Below, piece after piece: positions 51,320 to 64,000 of a DNA stretch of 64,000 nucleotides. The number at the start of each line of letters is the position of its first letter. Within the stretch, counting starts at the first letter, position 1. A program made the position numbers and the translations under genes. The stretch is taken from NCBI GenBank assembly GCA_045837725.1, contig JBEWZL010000232.1, forward strand, positions 434,001-498,000. Reading direction: 5' to 3'. The notes beneath the pieces are model-generated. The model did no database searches. It worked only from the letters and a program-made list of their open reading frames with translations, and had not been told where the DNA came from. This stretch comes from Vermamoeba vermiformis. Taxonomy: Eukaryota.

Positions 51320-54300
51320 ATGCTGGCTCGACCCGAAGTCTCTGTCGTGAAAGCGATCAACTCCAAAATTGATGGACAGCACACCGTAATATTTTTAATA
51401 ATATTTATGTAATTAATATAGTATAACCAACCATAATATATGAAGGTTTTCAAGATTCGAGTCCAGAGAACTGAAGATCCCGCACTCGCTTTTCATGTCA
51501 ACCGTGGATCACGCCAATTTGACGAGCTGAGGAATGAAGTAATTATTAAATAATTATTTTCAGACGTAGTTGAGGGTAATTAATCAATTGCATCCTTTCA
51601 TAGCTCTTAAAAACATACAAACAACTTAACAACGCCCCGTACCCGAAAAAATCAATATTTGGAGTCAGTAGAGATGAAGTAAGAATATATAAGCTTCATA
51701 TTTTGCATATTAATAGTTAATACTTATTTAGAAATCTCAAAATAAGCGAAGAGAAATTTTGGATGCGTTTTTAAAAGCTTGCGTTAGCCATGATGACGTG
51801 CTGAAGAATTTATCGTTAATTAAATTTTTGCAATTATCCGATGCTAAGCCAGTTCTGCGAATATCAAGTACGTAATCAAAATTTCGCGAATAATTATCAG
51901 ACCGTATCTAATTGTTTTACGCAGTTCTCGAAGCCAGGCATTTACTCGAATACATTTCCGGTATTATAGATTATGTTTGCTATTATTTGGCAACTATTAT
52001 AATTATTTATTTAGACGGAGTTTTACAACCGTATTGGCAAATTGCGTTTTGCACCGACAAAGAATTTTCAAAGCCTTTGCCACAAACAATATTAAGCGAG
52101 ACTTTAACGGTGCCTTATCAACCGACATTAGCATGGACTAATGAAGTTTACGAAATGTAAGATTTGTTTGCATCCAAAAAATCGGATCTTGCTTTAAAAT
52201 TTGTTTCTAACGAGCAATAATTAGGGTGCTTCCAGATGTCGATGTATATGGAGTTAGATTGAATTTATACAACGCTAAAACAGACACTGTTAAAGTAAGT
52301 TTTTGGTGCATCCGTTTTAATTAACTAAAATTTCCTTATTAGGCGAGTGTACGAATACCATTTAATACTATCCCGATAAATCAGCCAACCACGCATCGAT
52401 TTCCATTAATTCCAGTCACTCCTGGTGCTCATAATATTTACGGCGATATTCAGTTGACACTGACAGTTCAAAATGTCAATTCGAGTGTCAGATCCACAAT
52501 TCCAGTATTTGAATTAAGCGAAGGACTCAAAAATATCAAATTATTGCAACAAAAACATCGCGAATATTTATTATTGGAGAAAAAAGAAACTTGCCCTGGT
52601 GGATCTCTTCACGTCACGTAGGTTACATTTTACCTTTCTATTTCCATATTAGGCTAATAATTTTTGCAAAGATTGAATTACACGCCTCCGTTGGGCACTT
52701 GGGAAAGTTCATTTTTTGTACGCGTGATTGAAGCCCGGAATTTAACTGGAAATAATATTTGTCCCTAGTAAGTCCCTAACAGTACCAGCCACTATAATAA
52801 TAAGAAATTTAAAATAATATTCGAATAACTCACATAATTGCTAAAACTAATATCAACCCCCTAACGAAGATCGGATCAACTGGATCTGGTTTTGGTTTTT
52901 GTTTTGATCGTGATGAAATTAGAATTAATTTTCTTGGAATTACCAGTATTACTGTCACGTGGCTCAACGAATCAAAATCAACGCTATTGGCAGTAGGTCA
53001 AAACCCGATCTACAACCAAACTTTTCAGTTCGCGTTGAAATCAGAAGAAGTTGTCAATTCAGTCGGCATGCTACGATTCGCTGTATGGCACTTATATGAA
53101 GGTATGCAAATATCATTTATCAAATCTTATGCATTTCTAACATTTCCTAATTAGGCAATAAGTACCTGTTGTCCACGTCAGATATTGCCCTGGAAGATGT
53201 TTTGCCGTTAATTACAGCACCGCATTTGCCCGTAGAATCGGAGATTTGGGCTCCGTTATTTTATCCGCCAGCACCCGTGGTCGATTTGCTGAGTCAAAGC
53301 AAATGCGCGAAATTGATGCGAGAGCAAGGGTTTCACCCGAAATTTCCGATCGTCTTAATACCTGGTAAGCCGGTCACGTGGTAGACTTTGTTAAGGTTGC
53401 CTAATATAGTATAAAGGTCTTGCTAGTTCCGCGCTGGAAGTTGTGGAGGGCAAAAAAGATTGGATCGGAAGTCGGGTCTGGCTTTCACTGAACAAACTAA
53501 CAAAAACACGTGTCTCTTTACTGTGGAAAAAATTCACCGGAAATCTCAACTGTAAGACTTCTAAATATAGCATTTTATTAACGATGGAAATTTCTAATTT
53601 TGGTGATAGCTTTTGGCGATACAATTTCGAACGTGTTTTTTTCTAAACAAGATCGAGAAGAAGGCGTTGATAAAACTCAAGTGGTACGTCAATAATATTA
53701 ATATCATATGTATATAACACTAATTAATTATAATAATAGAACAATTGGATCGAGCACATGTCATTGGCCGATGATTGCAAGTCAGATCCGCCAGGTAAGA
53801 TTAAACGCAAAAATAATTACAATTTGCGTCAATATTTATATTCAATTTTTCCAGGAATGAAAGTGCGCATTGTTTCTGGCACTGCGGGAGTCACGTATTT
53901 AGAAGCAGATTCAATGCTCGGCAAAAAATACACCTACGTACGTTGTCTAATTACTATAATTTATTTATACTCAGTATATTAATGTTATTTATCTATAGGT
54001 GTGTGGACCTCTAATTAAGAATTTGTTAGAGTTTGGATACGTCGAGAACGAAAATTTATTTGCGTTTCCGGTACGAATTCTATTTATCAAATGTTATTGG
54101 TAGACAAGAGCCATGCATAATAATTCGTTATTATGAGTTAGACATTATATTTTTTTTGAGTCTGGATCTAATCATTTTTGTTAGTACGATTGGCGATTGC
54201 CGTACGCGCATTTAGAAGCACGTGATGGATTTTTATCCATGCTGAAGAAAAACATCGAAGAAATTGTGCAAAGACAACGACTGCCCGTAGTGTTGTTCGG

Positions 54301-55905
54301 ACATTCCATGGGCTGTCGCGTCATTCACTACTTTTTGAACTGGATCAGGAACTCTGTTGGACAAAAATGGATCGACGATCACGTGCAAACGTTCTTGGCC
54401 GCCGGCGTAAGTTCAATTATGGATTAATTTTCTGCTTTACCAAATTAGGAAATTCTAACGGACGTCATATGTTAGGCTCCTTGGCTTGGTGCGCCGAAAA
54501 TTCTTCGAGGAACAGTACGTATTATTCATTATTAACTTTCCCTATCTTTGCAAAGATTCATAATATTTAATTAATTTCCTAATTTAGATATCTGGAGAAT
54601 TAATGGGAATGGATCCGTTTTTGACACAAGGACAAGCGATTAGATTAGGCCGTAGTTTTGGTATATTTATGACACGACATTAATATTAATATAATACTAA
54701 TAGCTTAATTATATAATAGGAAGTAGTCCAAGTTTGTTCCCGATAGATCCGCGACTGTTTTTCTACGAGGACTCTAAGAACTTTATTTATCTGCGTGGTG
54801 AAGTCGCACAAAATCAAAACGCATTATTTATTACTGACAAGGGCGCCTATAATCCAATTGACCAAATGCAAATGCTGAATTTGGCCGGTGCTGTCGTAAG
54901 TAGCTTCGAACTTCGGAGCAGATCCGATGATTTTTCTAATCGTGAAATTTCAGAACCAAGCGCAGTTATTGCAAGAATACTTAAAGGACCCTGCTTTTGG
55001 CGAGAATACTGAACTAGGTGTTAAACATATGATGCTCGAGCCACCACCCGTCAAAAACCTAGTTGCCATTTATGGTAAGTTGTCGGATCTACAGCCGCAC
55101 GCAACGTTTCTTAACCGAATTGAATGAACTAGGTGTTGATTTGCCAACTGAACTACTGTATTTTTATGTATATAACGCACGCAAAAAGAGATTCGAGCCG
55201 TGTCAAAGTTTCAACGGATTCATTCCAGATCTCAACGTCAAAATCAAAGAAGTACGTGCACTACAATACAATCTATTCTCAAATATACTAAACATATATA
55301 GGGAATTGGTTATGAAACTTGCGAAACTATTCAACGATGCACACAGTATTTAACGGGCTACATGATGACGAGATCCGGTACGTTCAATTAAAATTTAAAT
55401 TAATTTTTAATAACAAAATATTATTATAGGCGATGGAACCGTGCCTTATGCATCACTATCATATTGTTATCATTGGCGAAATAAGATTGAAAATTTGAAA
55501 GTCATTGAACTGAACCAAGCCGAACATCGAGACACGATCAGCACGACGAGATTTTTCGAGATTTTGATCGGAATTGTCGGCGAAAGACCGTTGAAAAATC
55601 TTACCGTGTCACTGTCAGGCTTGTCTGGCGCATTTGGACAGGTCGCGTTTGGATCAAACCCTAACCCTAATGAAATTCCAAAAATGAACCCGAACTCCAA
55701 TAACGAATTGAATATTAATTATGTTGATAATAGCAATAACACCAATATAATGACCAATAGTAATAGTTCAGCACTGGATCCGGGCAATATGACAGAATCG
55801 GTTGATATGGCCTCAAATAGCGAAACCTCCGACATTACAAACAATAACGCCGCTATTAATAATGAAGTTAAGAATATTAATGATGCGGTCCAAACATTGA
55901 AATAA
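51320..55905 (+). CDS. PX + C2 + LCAT/PDAT-family lipase/acyltransferase
   Basis: PX-like N-terminus (PYPKK, RREILDAFL), C2-like exons (VRVIEARNL, NPIYNQTFQF), PIVLIPGLASSAL, YDWRL, GHSMG, GDGTVP, AEH. Confidence 0.85.
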
Positions 55906-55938
55906 ATAACAGCGAGTTAAATAAAAATTGCAGAAATT

Positions 55939-57557
55939 TTATTTTCCGAGCAAAATCAGCTCATATAATCTCGGCATTTTCTTTTTTAATTCTTTTGCGT
56001 CCAATTGGACACATTTTCTGTCAATTCCTCGAAGAATAAGAACTTGTAAAGATGTCAAAAGTGTCAAATTCATGTTAACGTCTGTCATGCTCGAATCAAA
56101 GACGGACAATTGCGTCAAATGATTCAAATTAGTAAGGCGCCCTATTATACTTTCATTATGAAGCGTTGAATTGAATACCGACAGCCGCTCTAATGTCGTG
56201 ATTGTTGAAATTCGTTAATGAATTCGTTGTCGATGTGGCCAAGCTCCAAATTTTTTAGAGGTAAATTCTGAATGCCGCTGAAATCTACAAACTTGGTTGC
56301 TGTACCATTAAGAGTGAACTGTTCTAAAGCACTGAATTTTCCTAGCTGAAACAGTCTAGTTGAATTCGCTCGCCAGTGAAGCACTAGATGTAATGTTCGC
56401 AGCGTTGTCAATCGTTCAATGGCTTCAAACATATTTTCATCAGCACCAAGCATTCTTAAATGTGTCAAATTTGATAAGAGTGCTAGATCCGGCAACATTT
56501 CACAAGAATAGTTACTGACGTTGAGAACTAATGACTGCAAATTGACAAATTTGGTAATGTAAACGAACGCATATTGAGCTTTGTATTCTAGCGCCGTTAA
56601 TTTGGTTGAAGAAATATAGGCCAAACAGGCGGAATAATCTCGATCGTCGGCAATATTCAAGTTGAGACTTTCCAAATTTGTTAATGCTGTCAAGAACTGA
56701 AAATCTGTCGCTTTGCACGTTGGCCATTCAACTAACAATCTTCGTAGATTGGTCAATGCTGAAAATTCCGAGAAATCAATTGTATTGCAGTAACCTTCCA
56801 ATGACCGCAACTTTGGTAGATTTGACAAACCACGAATGTCTGCCACGTCAAAAAACATCGTTTCCAAATTAGGCAAGTACGGAATATTGAAAGAGCGTGC
56901 ACTTTGTAGAATCAAGTCGGCAAGGTTTGGAAAATGGGTCAAATCTGCTTCGTTGAAGGCTGGTCTCTCGCTAATACCAATTGCCATACTACGTATATGC
57001 TTCGTATGAGGTAATATAAGTGACATATTTTGAGTCGAGCCTTCATTTTCATCTTCTGGAACGCTCCACGTAACGGATTCAAGTTTTGAAAACCGAGCGA
57101 GATCGAGTTCCTGCGCGTCACCAATGCTTTCCAGAAAGAGGTCTCGGAGGTTTGTGAGATGCCTACGAATTCTATTGTTTCTAGTGATGCTAACATCCAT
57201 TTCTTGCAGATTTGTCAAGTTTGTTAATGGATCGAGTACCGAATCAGGATCCTGATTATAGTTTCTTATTGTGTTAAATATGATTTTTGTTAATTGCGTT
57301 AATTTTCCAATATCCTCGTAATCTTTTGCTGACAATGTACATTTTGATTTTTCAAAAACAACGCTGAGCGGGTGATTGTATTTTGCGAGTCTTTGAACGA
57401 GCTGTGGAATTCGTTCTTCCGTTGTAAAATTAAATATAAAATCGCTGTATTGTATTTTGTTGAACCAATCGGTATTTGCAAGCCTCATAATGCGACGGGA
57501 CCTGTCATCCAGAAAAGATACGATTATTCTTCTGATCTCCGTTGGTAATGTCTCCAT
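55939..57557 (-). pseudogene. F-box/LRR protein, intronless, with 1-nt frameshift near 56211
   Basis: METLPTEI F-box; the shifted frame continues ISTITTLERL...KMPRLYEL, parallel to the adjacent paralog. Confidence 0.7.
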
Positions 57558-57902
57558 AGCGCACTATAAAATATAATTCATTCAATATTATTAATAATAT
57601 TCGTTAATTATTATGGTTTAATTGAACAGAATAAGCATCCACTTACGGGTCAAAAAATCCTCTGAATGCTGTTCAACGATCAATACTCATAATGAAATGA
57701 AAATATATCGGTATGTGGTATTGAACTTAAGATAAGAGAAATACTAAATGGTCGACGTCGACAATTGATTTCGATTTGTGATTCGCCTGTCGTGTCAACG
57801 TAGCAGTTATAGCGCCGGTAAAAATTTCATATCTAGCGTTCATTAGGCCTCGAATTTACGTATCAAATCTATTCAGTCTTAAGGAACTCAATGATCATTT
57901 TA

Positions 57903-59507
57903 TTATGCAGTTAACTCGTACAATCTCGGCAATTTCTGTTTCAGCACTTGCTCGTCCAATACTTCTCCATTTTTCCTCGTAAATATAAGCCGCTGCAAAG
58001 ACGTCAACAGTGTCAAGTGTTCGCCTGTTAGATTAGTGTCTTTGAGTATTAAGTATGTCAAATTAGTCATATTTGTGAGGTACTGTATAGAATTATCATT
58101 TGATAGTGTTGATTTGTGAGAAGTGAGTGACTGTAATGTTGTAATCATTGAAATTTTTTCCAAGAATGAGTCGTCAATGCCAGCAACATTTAAAGCCTCA
58201 AGTGACAGATGCTGAATATTATTGAAATCTATCATTTCATTCACCTTCAATGTACTAGGAATTTTAAAGTATAACCTCTTTAAAGCACTTAACTTTCCAA
58301 TTTGCAAAGATATTTTTGAATTGTTGGGGACACTAGTCAGATCCAGCTCCAAACTCTTCATGTTTGTTAACTTTTCTACTGCTAATAATACTTCTGGTTC
58401 AGCACTTTCAATGCACAAATGTGTCAAATGCATTAATTGTTCTACAACTGGCTGGTCACAATTTAAACACTTCAATGACTGCAAATTACCAAATTTGGTA
58501 ATGATATCTGTCTGAACAAAAGGATATTCCAATTCAGTCAATTTCTTTGAAGAAATAAATTCCAAGCCTGTGGACCAATCATGTATCTGATCATCATCCA
58601 GCCACAGACTCAACTTGAAACTTTCCAAATTTGTCAATGCTGTCAAGAACTGCAAATTTTCGATTGCTAACTCATTTTCAGCCCAATTAATATCCAGCAT
58701 TTGTAACTTAGTCAGCGATGCAAGTTCTGTAAAATCAGTTGTGCCATAAAGTTCTAATGATGTCAACTTTTGGAGTTGCGCCAATCCACCAATCCGTTTT
58801 GTATACAAAAATAACACTTCCAAATTAGGCAAGCAAGGTAGATTGAAGGAACAATGGGAACTGTAAAGATGCAGTTGATTGAGACTGTGAAATTTCGTCA
58901 AATTAGTTTCGTCCATTGCTTGCCGTTGGGCCTCGCTGATACTTATAAATAGATAACTGATAGCTGTAGCGTGAGGAGTAATTGATAGAAAATCTTTAGT
59001 CGAAATTTCATAGCCGTCTAAGCCCCAGGTTAAAGATCGAAGTTTTGAAAACCGAGCCAGATCCAAGTTCTGCACTTCATTAATACTGTTTAGGCACACA
59101 TGCTGCAAGTTTTTTAAGTGCTTAACTATGCGTTTGGGCATGTTGTATTCGACTTGTTGCAGATTGGTCAAGTTTGTTAATGGATCGAGCACCGAATCAG
59201 GATCGGATCCGTTTCTAATTGAACCAAACACAAATTTTGTCAGGTGCGTTAATCTTCCAATATCCTCGTAATCTTTTGCTGACAATGTACATTTTGATTT
59301 TTCAAAAACAACGCTGAGCGGGTGATTGTATTTTGCGAGTCTTTGAACGAGCTGTGGAATTCGTTCTTCCGTTGTAAAATTAAAAATAAAATCGCTGTAT
59401 TGTATTTTGTTGAACCAATCGGTATTTGCAAGCCTCATAATGCGACGGGACCTATCATCCAGATAAGCCACTATAATTTTTTTGATTTCGCTAGGAAGGG
59501 TATCCAT
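57903..59507 (-). CDS. F-box/LRR protein, intronless tandem paralog
   Basis: MDTLPSEIKKIIVAYL followed by LRRs; ends KLPRLYELTA. Confidence 0.88.
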   Translation of the reverse strand: MDTLPSEIKKIIVAYLDDRSRRIMRLANTDWFNKIQYSDFIFNFTTEERIPQLVQRLAKYNHPLSVVFEKSKCTLSAKDYEDIGRLTHLTKFVFGSIRNGSDPDSVLDPLTNLTNLQQVEYNMPKRIVKHLKNLQHVCLNSINEVQNLDLARFSKLRSLTWGLDGYEISTKDFLSITPHATAISYLFISISEAQRQAMDETNLTKFHSLNQLHLYSSHCSFNLPCLPNLEVLFLYTKRIGGLAQLQKLTSLELYGTTDFTELASLTKLQMLDINWAENELAIENLQFLTALTNLESFKLSLWLDDDQIHDWSTGLEFISSKKLTELEYPFVQTDIITKFGNLQSLKCLNCDQPVVEQLMHLTHLCIESAEPEVLLAVEKLTNMKSLELDLTSVPNNSKISLQIGKLSALKRLYFKIPSTLKVNEMIDFNNIQHLSLEALNVAGIDDSFLEKISMITTLQSLTSHKSTLSNDNSIQYLTNMTNLTYLILKDTNLTGEHLTLLTSLQRLIFTRKNGEVLDEQVLKQKLPRLYELTA

Positions 59508-59866
59508 GGCTGTGAAAATACGAATAATTAATATTAATTTATTTGAAAGCACAGCAGGTTTTTTTAATTAATTTTGCTTTTGCGAAACGCAATAAGGCAA
59601 AGTCTCCATGCCGTTATTGGAAAGCAAAAATACGCTAACTTAAGTTATTAAGAAGCCCGCTTGATTGATTCACGTACCTTGCGTGTGGATCTTTGTAGTA
59701 GAGAGGTAGAGATCAAGAAAAAAAGGACTGTTCTTTAGTTTAAATGCTTTTCTTGATTACGAAAACAACAAATGCAACACCCACATTAGGCATTATTCCT
59801 ATGTAGTGTTAAAGCAAGCAAAGAATCAACTCTAAACTGGATTCATCAAGAAGGCTCGCTATCAAA

Positions 59867-61181
59867 ATGTTATCGCAGTATAATTTGCCAATAATCAATC
59901 CTATTACAGTCACCGTTGGTGCAGTAACACTATATGGATTCTACACGATTGCTTCACTCGCCATCCGACGGGCAAACAGATCTTATTACGCTAGGAAAAA
60001 TCGGTAAAAATTAATTATCCCTTGAATTAACTAAATAATGGAATAAATTTCTAATTGCGCTTAATATTTGTTATTTATCAAATTGGCTAACATTTTTTTT
60101 GACTAGCCATCCGAGTTTACCGTTAGTTCCCCAGGAGATCCAAAATATAGTGCTTACTTCAATACTAGAGTCTGAGTCACCGAGCAAATGGACAGAATTA
60201 TTACAGTTGAGTTTAGTGTGCAAGAATTGGAACGGATTCATCAATAATCATCGGATTTGGACTGTACGTCACTCCTACATGAACGAAGATTATGAACGTA
60301 ATTGCTCAGTATTACCGTCAAAAATACGCTCTTTTTGGCTTCGAGACAAAGTCCAATCCGACTTTTATTTGCCAACTATTTTACATCCAACAAAACGCGC
60401 TCAATACGAGCAATACACACCATGGATGAGCCACAATGTATTTAAATATCCAGAGATATTGTTCAACTTTTTAAGATCGATTATCATGGTTCCAGAATGG
60501 ATGTACTTTCTGATCGTTGGTCGGGTGAGAAGCCGAAGAGGATTCGTAAGAAATGAAGATAATGTTAGAAGAATATTATACATGCAAAGAGTATTATTCG
60601 TAAGTACAACTCAGCGCTTAATTTTATGGTTGAAACACGAACTTACGGATTTTTATCAGGTATTCACCACTGCATTTCCTTTTATGGCAATCCTGGTTTC
60701 GGGCTTGAAAACTATGGTTTTGTCGCATTTCATGAACAGCTCCTCGATTTGGTATGCTCCATGGATGACCCCGAGATTGGCCGTTGGATTTCAACTTCGC
60801 TTAATTGCAATTCTTTTCGCGTTTTTGCCGTTCGATTTATCGCTATACTTGCCAGAAGTATGTATTCCGAGAGCATTACTATATTTGGTCATGGCTGCTG
60901 CAAACGGAGGATTGGCACCGTTGGCTGCTACAATAGCAGGGGCGCTTGGCATCAGAAAATTGTTAAACCGAGAAAATATTATTCCATTGCCGTATTGGAT
61001 GCTAGCATTTATCGTCGCGTATCCATTTTCGGCAATAACATCATTGGCCTTGGCTGGCGTAGTCTTCTTTGACATGTCATTGAAAAACTCGATGAAGCCA
61101 CCTCTGCGATCCTACCGCAATGCTAAGTACTGGCTGATTATTGGAGTATTCATCACTGGCACTGTTTTGTTACTATCATAA
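59867..61181 (+). CDS. Membrane-anchored F-box protein with multi-pass C-terminus
   Basis: Exon 1 hydrophobic helix; VPQEIQNIVL...LSLVCKNWNGFINNHRIW; several C-terminal TM helices. Confidence 0.65.
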
Positions 61182-61872
61182 CTCGCTAAGCTTGGACATA
61201 GCTCGATCTTGCTTTGATCCGTTCGATCTCATCCGAATTACTGGTGACTGAGCGAATAGAAAAGGCACAACACTTACTTTATATGCAAAGGTAACACCTT
61301 TTATGGCGATTGGTAATATTAATTAAATTTCCCGTAGAGATGCGCTGGCACGAAGGCAAGGTGGATCCCGATTACGCGGCTGTGGTATGTTGTTTTAATG
61401 TTATTGTAGCACCCTTGGTAAAATAATTATTACCAGCTGTGACTAGTCACGTAATGCGGACTTTATAGTGGTTACTAACCAATCTCCGTGTAATTTCTGT
61501 GCTGAGCTAAAATTTCTGTAAAATCTTCCAGATTATGCCGGTTCATAAGTATTCGGTGAAATCGTCATGCGATTTAATTAGTCCGAGATAACTGCTGGAG
61601 CAAATATTGCCCCTTGCAAATTACGCCAGCACAAAAATACCTGAAATCTCAACGCAAATTCGAATCTGATCCACACAACTTGCGTTTTCGTTAAAAATCG
61701 ATCGAAAATAGCGCACAATAAGCGTACTTTGAAGGTATAAATGACATTTGAAAACGAACCATTACCTCAGCAATCAAAACAACACAAAACAACTCAAGGT
61801 ACGAAATAATTCGAAATCCTTTAGCGTCATATAACTTTCTAACTCTTTTTTCTTATTTAGAACATACTAAAT

Positions 61873-62295
61873 ATGGCTCGACACGTCGCTCTTAGAGTTT
61901 TGATGATCATCGGTAGCGTGATCCTCTTGGCTTGGGGTGCCCTCACAATTGCCTACTCAATCATTGGCAATATCATTTTGACGGACAGAAGTGCAGACTC
62001 GCAATTAAGCGTGGCTAATCCTATTGGTTTGGCGGTCGGATGCGCTGAAGTTGCATTATTTATTTTCGGAGTATGGGGAGCAGCGAGGTTAGCGAGATTC
62101 CCGCTTATTTTGTTCGCCATCCTCTCTTTGCTCTTGATTGGTCTCAATCTTGCCGCACTAATCCTCTACCTCATTGCCTACAACAACAACTACAACGCTT
62201 TGGACTTTGTCTGGTACATTTTGTCGATCGCGTTCTTGATCATTTTGTTCATCTTCTCTATCATCCTCTCAAGACGCGCCAGACATGTATGCTAA
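61873..62295 (+). CDS. Small four-TM protein (tetraspanin/MARVEL-like)
   Basis: Four hydrophobic helices, FGVWGA motif; 5'-UTR intron 61799-61860. Confidence 0.7.
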   Translation: MARHVALRVLMIIGSVILLAWGALTIAYSIIGNIILTDRSADSQLSVANPIGLAVGCAEVALFIFGVWGAARLARFPLILFAILSLLLIGLNLAALILYLIAYNNNYNALDFVWYILSIAFLIILFIFSIILSRRARHVC

Positions 62296-62441
62296 ACTAT
62301 TGGCCAAAATGCCTGCGAATTAATGTAAATAGCGAATAAAACCTTTTTTAGAAAACTCGATCTAGTTTATTAACCGTCTGTTACATAATAACGTCAAAGA
62401 TATAGACAAAAATAAATAAGTTTAGTTGCTAAATAATGTAT

Positions 62442-63113
62442 TTACAATAAGAAAAGGAAGACAACAAGAATAACGGTACACAACGCCACCGGATCTTTTA
62501 GAGCATTTCCTAATTAGTTAGTTAATATGGAATTCAGGTTATTTCTAAATAATAAACGATCTAACGACAGCAATGCAATTTTTTGCTTACCAGCCTCATT
62601 GCAGTGATGGTGATCGACGTAGATCACACCGTACATGTTGTACGGAACTCCATGACCCTCGCAATAGTAAGGGTATACTCCAGCGTCATTTAGCACGACA
62701 GACCTTGAGCCTCCTTCGGACGCAGCAGGAATTGGACTTTGCTGCGACGGATACTTTGTTTGATCCTCTAAAGATGTGTAAATAACGAAAATTAATCGAA
62801 TAATTACGTATAAGGTACGTAAACAATGTAAATAGATATACTCTGAAATATCCTACTTACTTGCGTCAATGTAACCAGGTACGAGTGGATGCACGGAGAA
62901 GTCTCCGACGAAAGAAACATTTGTGCCTGGATCTACCACCATACAAGGAGGGGTGTATCTAAATGACCAAAATCCAACTGTTACTGCTGAAACGCCAGCA
63001 TTATCAGTTGCAGTGGAGTAGGTACATCCGTTGATTACGTCATCGCACGAGTGAGCTGCTGTCAGTGTCACTAAATATAATAATGATACTCCAATTATAA
63101 TATTATTTTTCAT
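62442..63113 (-). CDS. Secreted, membrane- or GPI-anchored type-1 copper (cupredoxin) protein
   Basis: Signal peptide, YTPPCMVV, HPL, YPYYCEGHGVPYNMYG (His/Cys/His/Met ligands), hydrophobic C-terminus. Confidence 0.82.
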
Positions 63114-63553
63114 TAATTATGCTGTAGTTGTGCAAATTATCGCATTGAACAAAGGCTTTCAAAAAAATGCGATATATTTATAAAATCACGATCAATCTTT
63201 GAACAAAAAATATGAAGTCTCTTAAAAAAGGAATAATTTTCTAATCTACGTGAAATCGGACTGAAATACTGAAAGCAGGACGAAAAAATTGATCTCACAC
63301 CTTAGCATCCGGCCAAGAAAACACTTGGAGCACGAATTATGACCTAAAACAAACAAGCCCTGTTAGATATAGTACTACGGAGAATTTAAGAAGCAGCACG
63401 TCGTCGCAAAATTAGATTCAAATTGGAAGAAATTTCAGGTGAAAGTCGATTGGATCAATTTGGTTTGTCGTGACCTTTGCGAGTATTAAAACCACTGGTG
63501 AAGGCCTTTCCTTAAATTCAAGCAACTATCTAAACAGAAAACAACAAATCAAA

Positions 63554-63960
63554 ATGAATTCCAAGTGGACATACCTTCTAATTGTCGTGGGCTTGATCGC
63601 TGTGATCTTGCCTTACGTAGCAGCCGCAGACACTGCAGAAAAGACTATGCAACAAAAGATTCAAGAAAAGGTCGCTGAAAAGGTGAAAGAGCAAGTCGTC
63701 GAAGAAGTTCAAGAGCAAGTTCGTCAAGGTAAATCTGAAAACAATTGTACAAACATTATTTCAATTAATTGCAAAATAATCAAATATTCGATTTGACTAA
63801 TAAAATTGTAGAAATGCTTCAAACCATGGCCAAGGCTAACGCGGCAGCGTCTGCTGGCGGATCCCTTCCCGGCGATATGGAACGCGCTTTCCAATGGCGA
63901 ATTACTGTCTTCGGATTTATCTGGTTCACTTTTGTATTTATTGTCGGCTATTTCATCTAA
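63554..63960 (+). CDS. Small hypothetical protein: signal peptide, coiled coil, C-terminal TM
   Basis: Two in-frame exons, intron 63729-63811, AATAAA downstream. Confidence 0.7.
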
Positions 63961-64000
63961 GCAAGTGACTTGTAAATAAATAATTTTTTATCGCTAGATC

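Overview
Gene-dense, AT-rich, intron-rich eukaryotic nuclear DNA. Introns are mostly short (~50-65 nt) with GTAAGT/GTACGT...YAG ends and CTAAC-like branch sites, and the genetic code appears standard. Gene content suggests an amoeboid protist, probably amoebozoan (inference). About 22 protein-coding loci: Clu-domain/TPR protein, P5B ATPase, INTS13, bacterial-type methyltransferase, a giant Cys-rich 7TM receptor, Tex/SRBD1, 5'-nucleotidase, acyl-CoA oxidase, OGT-like GT41, two Ras-like loci, three F-box/LRR genes, NFXL1, a repeat-domain (GlfB-C-like) protein, a disrupted signal-peptide PTP, an MRH protein, PX-C2-LCAT, a membrane F-box protein, a 4TM protein, a cupredoxin and a small membrane protein. 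The most interesting signals are in enlarged introns: (i) a 1.1-kb, heavily base-paired, pseudoknot-capable sense-strand sequence in an acyl-CoA oxidase intron that matches no RNA family I recognise; (ii) three intron-nested tRNA genes, two with atypical identity elements and a structured spacer between them. There is also a 1.7-kb TIR element with an 8-bp TSD carrying decayed spliced cargo, and a recurrent RGATCY motif in introns. Gene boundaries and RNA pairings were read by eye; no searches or folding programs were run.
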